From NCBI GenBank assembly GCA_964234715.1, contig OZ174284.1: a stretch of DNA of 64,000 nucleotides, one strand, 5' to 3'. The notes beneath the pieces were generated by a model. It saw only the letters and a program-made list of their open reading frames with translations, did not search any database and was not told where the DNA came from. Of the stretch, positions 37,908 through 49,130 are shown in pieces. Source of the DNA: Podarcis melisellensis (lineage: Eukaryota). Position numbers and translations under genes: made by a program. The first letter of the stretch is position 1, and each line of letters starts with the position of its first letter.

Positions 37908-37984
37908 TCATTGAGCGTGAACCAGAGCACCAGCTCCCTGCCCATAGCCAAATCCTTTGGGGCCAAAGTTCTTCGCATAACAAC
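37908..37984 (-). CDS. CSRP2: CSRP2 exon 6 coding part ([25 protein letters not shown])
   Basis: Minus-strand ttgcag acceptor; TGA at 37910-37908; 77 nt; glycine-rich repeat of the CRP family. Confidence 0.96.
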
Positions 37985-38419
37985 CTGCAAGGATAAATAG
38001 TAGACTATCAGTTCAATTCTAGCAGTTGTTTTGGTGAAATAATAAAATCGGGTACTCAAGCAGATTTACAGAACATTTTTAAAAATGAGTTTCTATTGTT
38101 TTCCAGGGCAAAACTATTCCTTATACCTAAAGAGCTGTCACTTCTGAAAGAAGGAAACTGCTATACAAATCCTTTTGGCTGGTGTAAAATAGTTGTCCCT
38201 ACACCATCCACAGCAATGATTTAAGATTACTTCCTTAGTTGAAAACCCGATACCTTCATTATTCTCCAACTATCACTTAAATTGAGAAAATATTTATCCA
38301 CTTAAAGAACAGTTGCAGAATAGATTCCTTTGACCTGTTGACCACCCCTTCCTGGAATCAAACCATACGAGACTTCACCGGAACAAGCAATTTTTATGCC
38401 CTTTGCCTTAACCTTTTAC

Positions 38420-38513
38420 CTTTGCAATAGATTTCACCGTCCTTCTCTGTCAGAGTTGTTGATTCAAGACTTTTCCCACACTTGGCACAGCGAAAGCAGT
38501 TTTTGTGCCAAGG
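38420..38513 (-). CDS. CSRP2: CSRP2 exon 5 ([31 protein letters not shown]), LIM2
   Basis: tctag acceptor and G|gtaaaa donor; 94 nt. Confidence 0.96.
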
Positions 38514-38859
38514 CTAGATAGAAAGAGAGCACATTTATTTTAGGCTTCTGTATTGCACCATTAAAAAAATTCCAAATCTTTATTTTCAGAAAAGGTTGTC
38601 TTCTTAGAGTTATCTTGCTATTCATATGAGCTTGATCTATTAGTAAAAAGCACTTAAGTACAAATGTTTGAGAAACTGGATTCAGCTGGCCACTGTCTCG
38701 AGACTGCAAATCTCTTCCTCCTCAAAGAGATCTACTTGCTCACCTCTTGTAAGAGAGCAAGCTACCCCACTCTTAACAAGCCAAGTTTATCTACAATTAA
38801 TGAATCTGAAAAATGTCAGTGTTGCTTGGCAAGGTCTCTGCAACAATATGCCACCTTAC

Positions 38860-38989
38860 CTTTCCAGCTCCTATTACTTTCTCTGCTGCATACACAGAAT
38901 CACCACACCTGGAACATTTCTCTGCTCCTCCAAATTTTTGGGCAAACTTTGAAGTATTTGGACTTGTTGTAGGTCGGTGAGAAGGTGCA
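38860..38989 (-). CDS. CSRP2: CSRP2 exon 4 ([43 protein letters not shown])
   Basis: ttttag acceptor and AAG|gtaagg donor; 130 nt. Confidence 0.96.
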
Positions 38990-40439
38990 CTAAAATAAAG
39001 TAAAGTGCCCTAGTGAATATCCAATTTCAGTGGAATCCATTATTTATTATTATTAAATTTGTGTCCTGCCCTTCATCCATAGATCAAAGGATGGTTCACA
39101 ACATAAAAATACAAAATAAAAACACAAAATACATAAGAAAAACAACAGGGGGGAAACACCACAAACCAATAACCTGGTTTAGATGCACACTAGCCCATAG
39201 TTATACTTCTCTATGCTGATTCACTGAACTCTCACAATGCTGTTGTAATGATTTTCCCTCAATTCGCACCTGTAATATGAAAGGTTTTTAAAGACAGCCA
39301 TGTTCGCAAATTATCCCTTAGTTTGAACAATGGCTAGGTTTACAAATATGCACAGCTAAAAATGTACTTAAGACTGCCTCACATCAGGATTTTTGCTCTA
39401 AAGTTTACTGGAATTTATAAAAACAACTTTTATCAAAAGCCCACATCAATACAGCCTCATTTGTGCCTGAAGTTCTGGCTATGATAAAGACTGCCACAGT
39501 ATTCCCTGTATTCTTTAAAATGCAGCCGTTCTACAGATCTGAGTTTCTTTTTGCCTTGTGGCTTGTTTGTCTTTAAAACAAATCCCCTGCCATTTGGGGA
39601 GGTGCCCTCACCAGCCAAGTATTCTTATCCATTTAGAGGGCCCTGAAAATCATACTACAATCAATGAGGTTATGGTGGACTACATCATGGTTTTTCATTT
39701 TACAGTGAAGGTGCTCTATAGCCTTGAGAATTATAAATTCATCTGAGGCATAATATCAAGGCTTTGAAGCCTTCATCTGAACAGAAGGAACTGCTCAGCA
39801 TCCAACATGTTGAGACTGTTCAAATGAAATACCAAGCCTTGCTCGCAATTACTACCCGCCCCCAATGCTCCTGGCTTACTGGAAGCCATAACTGCTGCTG
39901 CTGCTGCTGCACAAGCCAATGTGCACTGGTTTTGATTCAAGAAGAAGCAACAGAAGCCGAGTGCATAAAGAGAAGAGGAAGTGCAAGCAGGCACAATTCT
40001 CATTGTGCCCAAACCATGGTTTGGTGTCACATGTGAATTAGGCATTGGTTTACCCCATTATATATATTAGGCTGGATATTCATGAGATTCTAAAGTAACG
40101 TAACATGATTTAAGAGGTGAACCCTTAGTTATAAAACACTTGCCAACAGAGCCTAACTGCGTCACTTCCATAATAAACAGCTTTCTGAGAAAACTGAATC
40201 ACTATTACACACAGAAAGCAAACCAGGGTTGACTCATGTCCAGAGATGTTTGTTCCCTGGACAGCTGCTACTAACGAAGGCTTAGTTATATAATCAGAGT
40301 GAACTTTACCCTTCCACCATTGCTTAGGGACAATACACAATACAGACATGACAAAAGCATGGCTGCAGGCTGTTTCATGTAGGGTCACACTGCCAGCTGC
40401 AGTTACAAGTAGCTCAAGTAGAATGCAAGTTATACTTAC

Positions 40440-40608
40440 TTGTCATGCTTGATGCCCAGCCTCTCCCCTCTGTCCATATTAAGAGTGCCTGCTCCTTGGC
40501 CATAGCCATAGCCTTTTGGACCATACTTCTTTCCATAGCATGATTTGCAGTAGACCTCTTCGTCATGGATGGCTACTGTTGTGCTGTCTAAGTTTTTCCG
40601 GCAGACCA
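40440..40608 (-). CDS. CSRP2: CSRP2 exon 3 ([57 protein letters not shown]), end of LIM1
   Basis: tttccag acceptor and AA|gtaagt donor; 169 nt. Confidence 0.96.
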
Positions 40609-41267
40609 CTGGAAAAGAAAGAAAGAAAGAATTTGCTTCTTCAAAAAACGGATGCCTATTTATTAACAGAAAGGAACATTAAATGCCGGGGGGGGGGGGA
40701 AGTGCCTCTGGTAGTTCTTAAAACTTAGCGGACTACTGGAAAATGAAAAGAGGGGAATGTTTTTGAATTGCTGGATTATATTTTGCTCTACTGAGGGACT
40801 TGTCCCTCCTTCCCATTCTTAATTGTGACATTTACAGAATGGAAGCTTGATGCAGTTTAATTAACAAGGCTGCAAAAGAAGCCAGGAACTGAGGTCAGCA
40901 ATTTCCCCTCCTGCTTTTTTAAAACCACACAACATGTTTAATTATGCAACAGTTCCCATTTTTACTTTACAAAGTATCCATAACTAGAGGCACTAAAAAA
41001 AATAATTAGTGCACCTTCTACGGGTACTCCATTTGAGACTTACTGGGAATACTGACCCAACTTAAATCCATGTCCTGAAATACCATTAGTAACCTATTTC
41101 TGCTTTTACAGTTTTAAGTCGCTTGATCTGTTTCCTGGGAATGAGGCCAGAATTTCTCTGTTAATGAGAAAATATGGGCAGTTCTATATGAGCACTCAGC
41201 ACAACAGTCCATGTGCTCTCCACCATTCACATTCAAGAAGTTTACTTCAGGGCAACATGCTTTAGTT

Positions 41268-41400
41268 CAGTGTTTCCCAACCTTGTGCCTCCAGCTGTTT
41301 TTGAACTACAATTCCCATCATCCCTGACCACTGGTCTTGCTAGCTAGGGATGATGGGAGTTGTAGGCCAAAAACATCTGGAGGCACAAGGTTGGGAAACA
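41268..41400. mobile_element. Near-perfect palindromic hAT MITE in CSRP2 intron 2
   Basis: 55-bp inverted arms with 4 differences; partial TSD (ct)ttagtt / ttagtt, with a small deletion at the right end. Confidence 0.9.
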
Positions 41401-42809
41401 TTAGTTAACACCACTATGACTTCAAAATTGAGTATTATTTTTGCATATCACCAGAAACAGGCGGTTCAGAACTCACCTAGTAAGAAAAATATATATATTG
41501 ATCCATAAGACTGCAAGAGCTTTTGCATTTAATAGTCTGTATCAGGAGAAAATGTGACGTAACAATAGGTGCACAAATGCATCTCCCCTCTATAATTTTT
41601 TGCACGCTGCAGCCACAGGTGAGTGGCAGTCAAGATCACAACCCAGAGGCTTGACACCAGCACTAGCCATTCCTCACACCCAATGAAAATACAGTACCCA
41701 CCTTTTAACTAGCATTGTAAAGGTTACGAAGATAGAAATGCATTTATGCTCATGTCTCATCACTATTCCACATCAAATGCGAGTCAAGCTACATTGCAGA
41801 ACTAGATTCTATTGGGTGCATTTTTGCTTCCTTTTGAAGCAGAGCAGTGCCACACTTTGGGTTTTGACTCCTGTAGTCGAATTGTGTAGTGTACAATGTG
41901 TTCCATTATTATCTCACAAGACACTGTTTAGTTTCATGAAAAATGTTGTCATGCCTTTTGACTAGGAGGGCTCTCGCCTTTAATCCCAGATTTGTAGAGG
42001 CCAAATGAGATAACCAATTCCTTCACAGCTGAGTTCTTTATGCATCCTCAGAAACTTATTCCTTCATATTTTCCATGTCTAAGCCTAAACAGGAAGAAGC
42101 AATCCTGAACCTAAACTGCAAATAGTTTGAGCTTATTCTGTTACCTTCCCAGCTTTGCTGCTTAGCTCATTGACTTTCTTGCTACCATGAGGTTTGACAG
42201 CTGTTATCAACTGCCCTGCTTTTCCTGAAGTGCAGCTACTGAAAATTCCTGGCCTGCCTCCCCCACCCAAATTGCTTGTTGCTCTTACTAATTTCATGAC
42301 ATGAGCTTGGGTAAACTACAATCCACATTTAATGTCACAACAATATTGATCTTCTTTGTGGCAGCTGCATCACAAAGCAGTTATTTGATGCAATCCTTTG
42401 CTTAGTATCTAATGAACATGCTTTTTAGTACAAAAATGCAATTCTTCAATAAGCTGTTGGCCTGAAACATAATCGCATAGACTCTGCTCATTTAAGACAA
42501 TCAACAGCCTCCTGTGCCAAAGCCCAACAGAATTTTGGCTCCACTGTGCTGAAATAGAAAATCAACCAGATCATTCAATTAACTTATTTGGTATGGATGA
42601 GAAAGAGAGCCAACTAATGAATTCTCACAAAATGATCTTTAAAATGTAAACTGCTGGAACAACTTACAGTGTGAAACAGGCATTTTTATGGATTAAACTT
42701 GGTATTTTGTTAACATGCTTAATCTTAGAATATAAATTCAGCTCAGAGCCAACTGAAATGGTGGCTTTGATTTGAAGTGGCCAACGTGTAGCAAAGTGAA
42801 AACCTAAAC

Positions 42810-42933
42810 CAGGCATGGGGAACTTGTGGCCCTCCAGATGTTCTGAGACTACAACTCCATTGACCATGCTTGCTGAGGCCAATAGAAGTTGCAGCCCCCA
42901 CACATCTGGAGGACCATAACCTGCCGATCACTG
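42810..42933. mobile_element. hAT MITE of the same palindromic group
   Basis: CAG...CTG termini; 8-bp TSD acctaaac / acctaagc. Confidence 0.8.
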
Positions 42934-43379
42934 ACCTAAGCCTTTCATTTGTAAAGATGGTGATATAGCTCAGTCTTGAATCCCGCTAATTCCAGTCCTT
43001 TTAATACTCTCAGTACTAGACAGAGCTGGTCCACTTCTCTTCCAAAGAACAGCTACAGCAGCTTCTTATTGTTTATATGCTCAGTTATATGAGACATGCA
43101 AGTAGGTCCACTTCCTCTGGTGGTCATGCAGTGTCTGAAAATGCTCTCCTGACAAAGAGTACTGCATTCATCTGGTGAAGATACAGTCCTCTCGAGTCAT
43201 CCTGGGAAGAAAGGAACTCAAGATTGCTCAAGGCAGCATAGATAGTGCTTGGTATTTTACACTCTTTGTTCCTTGAGGCCATAAGATGTCTGTCTTTGGA
43301 GCTGAATAGCAACAATTATGGTCCTGCTGCTCACTACTTGCACTGCCCATTCACTGTTTCAACTGAAAAGAGTACTTAC

Positions 43380-43491
43380 TACAAAGAAAGCAGCATCTGT
43401 GGAAGCTTCTGCCATCACATTGTACTTCTTCTGCATGGTACACTGTTCTGCCACAGGCCCCACACTTGTTGCCACCTCCCCAGTTTGGCAT
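43380..43491 (-). CDS. CSRP2: CSRP2 exon 2 coding part ([37 protein letters not shown])
   Basis: Exon starts at 43498 after ttttgcag; ATG at 43491; A|gtaagt donor; the five coding exons sum to 582 nt = 193 aa plus stop. Sequence and adjacency to ZDHHC17 indicate CSRP2 rather than CSRP1 or CSRP3. Confidence 0.97.
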
Positions 43492-45005
43492 TTTGAGTCT
43501 GCAAAAGAGATGGTAGCAATTAGCAACAAGGTAAAGGTTGTGTTTCCACAGCAGGAGCTTTGCTAACATTTGTAGAAAATAACAATAACTTTTCTAGAAC
43601 AATCTCAATTTTTCCCTCCAACTTCCACTCCCATCAGTTTTTGGTTTAAGTTTTATTAAGGATTTTTGTGTGTGTTACAAAACAAAGGAACAGGGAAGGG
43701 TACGTCTATCGTCTCCATGTTCAATTCCTAAGAGTCTTTTTCACAATTCGTTTACATTTAGTGAGAGACATTTTTGTCATAGATATCTTGCTGCTGGGGG
43801 GAAGGCGGGGGAGTGAGTTGGGAGTTACAGCCTGGAGTAACTGCGGGGCTGAGGTAAGTTTTCATACATTTCTCAAACAGTAAAGCCTTCATACTAGGTT
43901 TAAGGGAACAAATCATTTGTCATGCATAGATTTCTTACAACATCGTAAGAGCATTCCATAGATACTCCGTGTAAGAGAATGATTATAGCAATGTGATGAA
44001 AGCAGAGATGGGAGTATCCACTGGAGTGCAGCAATTGTTCCAGACAACTCCATCATGCTCAGAAAGCAGGGGAGTAACCTCACCCTCATTCACACAACTG
44101 GAACCAGAAACAGTATGCCCCAGTGCATGTTCTCTCTCACACACACCTATTTTCCCATCAGCAGAGGAAGTGAACATGTGCAGCACCATACCCCACTGGA
44201 GGGGTGCAAGGGTCAATAGCAAATGGCTCATTCTCCTAAATGTCTCTGGTGCTGTCTCCCTAATCCAACATCAGTAAACTCTCCCCAACTCCCCTCTTCC
44301 ATAGAAGAGAGAAGGATTCAAGCTGGAACCATGAGCAGATCCTGAGCAGGCTTCAAAAGAAAATATATTTTGGGGTGGAAAGGTGCAAGGAACGTTATTA
44401 AACCCTACTGACCAAGGACACAGATTAGTTTTGAGAGAAATGCCTCAAAAACACAAAGCCAGTTTCTATCCTCCAGTGGGGGTTAGCACACAACAAGAAA
44501 GTGTAAAAAGGAAAACAAATACCTTAAAATATTGTAAGCTCCCTGGAGTGGGTATTTGCTTAGAAAGGTGTATCCAAACTTTTAAAATTGGTAAATGGAA
44601 TATCTCTATGTGGCGAAAAGGTGACCTTTGTTTTCCATTTTAACACACAGCCCAAGAACAAACAAGGAAAAACTAATAAAAGGTGCTTTTAAAAATCTTT
44701 TAATATGCCTGTTGAAACACAGTTTCTGCTTGCTTAGCGGGGGTGATGTGGGGCAGAGAGAACATCTGTCCCACTGAACATTTGTCTAGTAGGTGAGAGA
44801 GACAACTAGAAGAGTCTAAGTCAAGTGAAGTCCACATTGGAAGCAGCAATTGCCCCCAAGGTATACCTTTACCTTTATCCTGGCCTCAAACTATTGATAC
44901 TCAATTAAGCTAAACTCCCTCTGAGCCACTGATAAGGCAGTCTTGTTTGACTGTCTTCCATAGGCATTATTTTTGGAATGGAAAGTTTTTCAATTTCACT
45001 TACTA

Positions 45006-45257
45006 CAGTCATACCTTGGTTGTAGAGCGGAATCTGTTCTGGAAGTCTATTGAACTTCTGAAAACGTTCAACCACCAAGGCGCAGCTTTTGACTGGCTGC
45101 AGGAGCTTCCTGCACTCAATTGGAAGCCGCGTAAGCTGCGTCAGACATTCGGGTTCCAAAGAACGTTCTCAAACCAGAGCACTCACCTCCAGGTTTGCGG
45201 CATTCGGAAACCAAAATGTTCCAAGTTGCAAGGTGTTTGGGATCCAAGGTATGACTG
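45006..45257. mobile_element. Tc1/mariner MITE (TIR CAGTCATACCTTGG), copy 2
   Basis: TA|CAGTCATACCTTGG...CCAAGGTATGACTG|TA with TA duplication. Confidence 0.9.
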
Positions 45258-46030
45258 TACTAGATTTTGACGCTGATTGTGAGGTCTGTTATAATATCAT
45301 TTTCTATTACGAATCTTATTTTAATCATGTTAATGACACCATTGTGTCCTTCACAACTTTAACAACTAACTGGTTAAAATTGCCTTTTCTCAAATTAACC
45401 TCTCAGTTAGTAAAGCTTCAAGGGGCACAGCATTCCAGTCACCAGAAAATAATGATACCTATCCACACATCCTTATCTAACAGCTCTTTTTGCTGAGTCA
45501 CCCATCAATAAATAGCCCTTTGGACAAACCAGACAATGTAAGACAGAAGTTCACAGATGAAATTGCAACTGCAACCACTTCTGTTGACGCTGATGCTTCA
45601 AGAACACATATTGTGTAGCTGAAATACTGGAGCTGTGCCTTGCAGACAAGGTTGCTCTAACACAGTTCTGTGTGTATGTTGGGTTGGGTCACATTGTGAA
45701 CCTGGCCCAACTTCTAATGATTTTGGATAAACAGTGAAAAACAACAGCAGCCAACTCCTTTAAGTGTACAAATAAAAGAACCTTTCTATAAATCATTGCT
45801 GTTCTATTAGCTTTTTCAGATAGCTTGAACCCAAGTTCAGCTTAGTTGTTATGGAGAGAGTGACCCAGAAAATCTTACAAAGCAAAGCTGCACAGCTAAG
45901 TGACCATTGTATAGAGTAAACCATTCTTGGAATGTAGGAAAAGAAGATTAATGATTAATCCAGATCAGGACATTTTAGTGCATTCCCTACCCAGCAATTA
46001 CAAGTCGTCTTCTGCATGATCCTAGTAGCT

Positions 46031-46040
46031 CCATTTTAGG
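46031..46040. promoter_or_regulatory. Perfect CArG box (CCATTTTAGG) in CSRP2 intron 1
   Basis: Exact CC(A/T)6GG match; function inferred only from CSRP2 being a known SRF-regulated smooth-muscle gene. Confidence 0.35.
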
Positions 46041-46489
46041 TAGCAACATTAATTTTAACTACTTAGCACATCCCTTTAAGAGTCCTCAAGAGTTTAATAC
46101 TGCTTTTCCAGGATTTGGCATTATATAATGGTCAAGATGAGGTTGAAACGGTTACTTATGACATATACTGTTATTTTGTCATTCTTGGCACCACTGGAAT
46201 CTAAAATGTTGGGATTCCATTACATTTATCCAAGGGTTTGGCTGCACTACTATGTAGCAGCTGATATCAATCATAGCAAACAGGACCCTAAGACGGATAT
46301 AAGCTGCATTCCTTTCTCCAGAACTTTGCAGTATAAGATTCATTCCCACTTTATAGCATCTCCTAAAGAGTAAACCCACTAGGAACTTAATTTTAACTGG
46401 GGTTCTATTGTTCCTTTGTTGGCAACCAACTTTAATGTGTATGTATAAGTTCATTTCCTTCCACTTTAAAGACCACATACTCTAAGGAA

Positions 46490-46960
46490 TTCACCTTGGC
46501 ACTGGTAACCTCAAGACTGGATTATTGCTATGTGTTCTATGTGGGGCTTCACTTGGACTAAACCTGGAAGCTGCAGCTGGTGCAGAATGCAGCAGCTAGA
46601 CTAGGGTACCCCATCAACATCACAGGTCCTCTGCTGAAGGAGCTGCACTAGCTGCCAAAATGCTACCAGGCACAATTCAAGGTCTTGTTTTTACTATTTA
46701 GTGCCCTAAACTTGAGACAAGAATATCTAAGGCATCGTCTTGCCCAAGACACTCCCGCCCAGCAACTGTGCTCCTCAGATAGGATACTGCTGAGAATACC
46801 ATATGTCTGACACAGAGGTTCAATTAGTCTGCACTGGGCTTTTAGCCCCAACTCTCTGGATTCATTTTTCAGCCACAATCAGACAGGCATGTAGCATTAT
46901 GATATTTAGGCACCTACTGAATACATTTTTTGTTTAGGAAAGCTTTCCTTGAGGTGTCAC
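46490..46960 (+). mobile_element. Degenerate L2 3' fragment
   Basis: Broken frames read ALVTSRLDYC...LYVGL...KLQLVQNAAARL...LLKELH-LP...AQFKVL. Confidence 0.8.
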
Positions 46961-47794
46961 CCAGTTATTTAGGAAAGATCAATTCTCCATTTCCATGAAA
47001 TGTTTTTTTTAAGAGTTTGTTGAATTCGTTTTATTGTGCTTCTGTATTTTATTCTGTATTTTACCCTGTATGTTTTACCCTGTACCCTTCAATGGTTTTA
47101 TGCCATAAAGTGGTGTACACATGTGTACAATAATAGTAACAGTAATGGACGCAGAAATAGCAACGAAATGGCAACTGCCTGGTATGGCTATTTCTCTTTC
47201 CCATAAAAATGATTCTCCATGAGTAGGTTGGCCCTGCTTTTGGTACTCATTCCACAAACAGAGCAAGTCATGAGAACAAGACTGCACTGGGAAATTTTTG
47301 CATTTATATTTGCATGCATATAAGCACATGTTGCAAGTGTAACATCATTTGATGCACTGATGCAGCCTCTCAGAGCTGCACAACCGCTATTCAATAGGTC
47401 TGCACTAGTGTAAATACTCATTTTGGTACAGAAGAGGAAATAATGGCATTGAACCAATTTTATCAACAGATGTCAGGAGAGTTGACTTCTAATAAGCAGC
47501 TGAGGGCACTGGTCAACATTCATTATTAACACCAATATCTGTACTTGGGCTTTATATTCAAGATGAATGTGCTTAATATACATCCAGATTTGGTTTACTA
47601 TAGTAATTGTTTCCACTTCTGATGTGCCCTCAGCTAGTAATGACATGCCCATAACGTATTTAAGAACACTGCAGTAAACTTTTACATGATGTGGAGCCAA
47701 TTGTGCTCTGCAGCATAGAGTTCTAAGCTACCATTCTTCAAATCCTTTCCCTAACAATACAGTGCTTTGATACAACTGTCAAGCAGTATTCAAT

Positions 47795-49130
47795 AGTGCC
47801 ACCTACCTCGCTGCCTAGCAGTCTCCCTGCCTGAACTGACAGAACTGGTCTCAGAGGCGATGTTGAGGACTCCCAGACTGCTAGTTTTGGAGGACTTCAA
47901 CATCCATGCCAAGGTGACTGACTCTAGGGTGGCTGCCATGATGACCATGGGGCTGTCCCAACATGCCATTGGCCACTGCATGTAGCAGGCAACACTCTGG
48001 ACCTTGTTTTCTCTGCTGGGCAGAAAGAGGGTGCTATTGATATCACAATCCCTTGTCATGGTCACATCACTTCCTGTTGAGATTTAGGCTTCCAGCACCT
48101 TTCCCCTTCTGCATAGGGCTAATGGGATGGTCCACCCTTCAGAGGCTGATGGATCCAATGGGTTTCCAGACAGCTCTGGGGAATTTTCTGGCTGCTATGA
48201 TTTGCACTCCTGTCGGAGTGCTGGCTGATCTCTGGTACATTTGAATGGCTCGGGCTGTTGACATGATGACTCCTGAGCAACTTCTCCTGCTTTGGCTCCT
48301 TAGTATACTCCAGAGCTTCATGCAATGAGACAAGCTGGAAGATAGCTTGAACACAGATGGCGGAAAACTCCAGTCGAATGCAATCTAACACTGGTGTGGA
48401 CTCAACATCAAACCTACTTAGTTGCAGTGAAGGTAGCAAACTATGCCGTCCACCAGAGCTTTTCCAGATAGTATGGGGCCTTTTACAGTCTGGTCCGAAG
48501 GAGGTGGTAGAACAGATGGTAGTTCACTGTCACTTGTTTGCAAAGCATTTTAAGGATAAAATCACTTGCATCAGCCTGGACCTTGACTCCAGTGTTACAA
48601 CAGGTGAATCTCAAGAGGTGTCCACCAGAGCACTGTCTAGTTTGGTTATGTTGGATGAGTTTCAGTAAGGATGGATAAGGTGCTTGAGATCAGTCAGCCT
48701 CTTGGCTGATAAAAACTAGTAGGGAAAAGACAGCTGACTAGGCCAAGGAGATTATTAATGCTTCCTGGTGAGACAGGGGGCTCTTGCCTACTTGAAGGAG
48801 GCAGTGGTAAAAGCAGTGTTAAAAACCCTCCCTCAGTTTGGAAAATCTAATTGCTAGCCAATTGCCAATCTCCCCTTCTTGCAACGGTTTCCCATTTGTG
48901 GAATGCTCTCCCCAGGGAGGCTTGCCTGGTACCTTAGTTACATATTTTTAGGTGCCAGGCAAAAGCATTCTACTTCTCTCTGGTCTTTGGCTAATTAAGC
49001 AACCTATGGCTTTTTAAACTGGGCGGGTATTATTTCTGTTTGTCAGTATGTTTTATATTTTTGTGTTTTTGTATTGTAAACCACCCTATGATTCTCGGGT
49101 TGGTACAGAAAATTAACTAAATAATAATAC
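47795..49130 (+). mobile_element. Decayed L2 LINE ORF2 remnant (APE endonuclease, linker and 3' end; RT core missing)
   Basis: PRCLAVSLPELTELVSEAMLRTPRLLVLEDFNIHA (GDFN-like APE motif); PIANLPFL (RT entry) followed almost directly by LWNALP and a 3' tail. Confidence 0.75.

Noticed and set aside
43380-43491. CSRP1 or CSRP3 assignment because of the MPNWGGG start
   Set aside because: Downstream residues ([31 protein letters not shown], terminal ALVHAQ) and adjacency to ZDHHC17 fit CSRP2.
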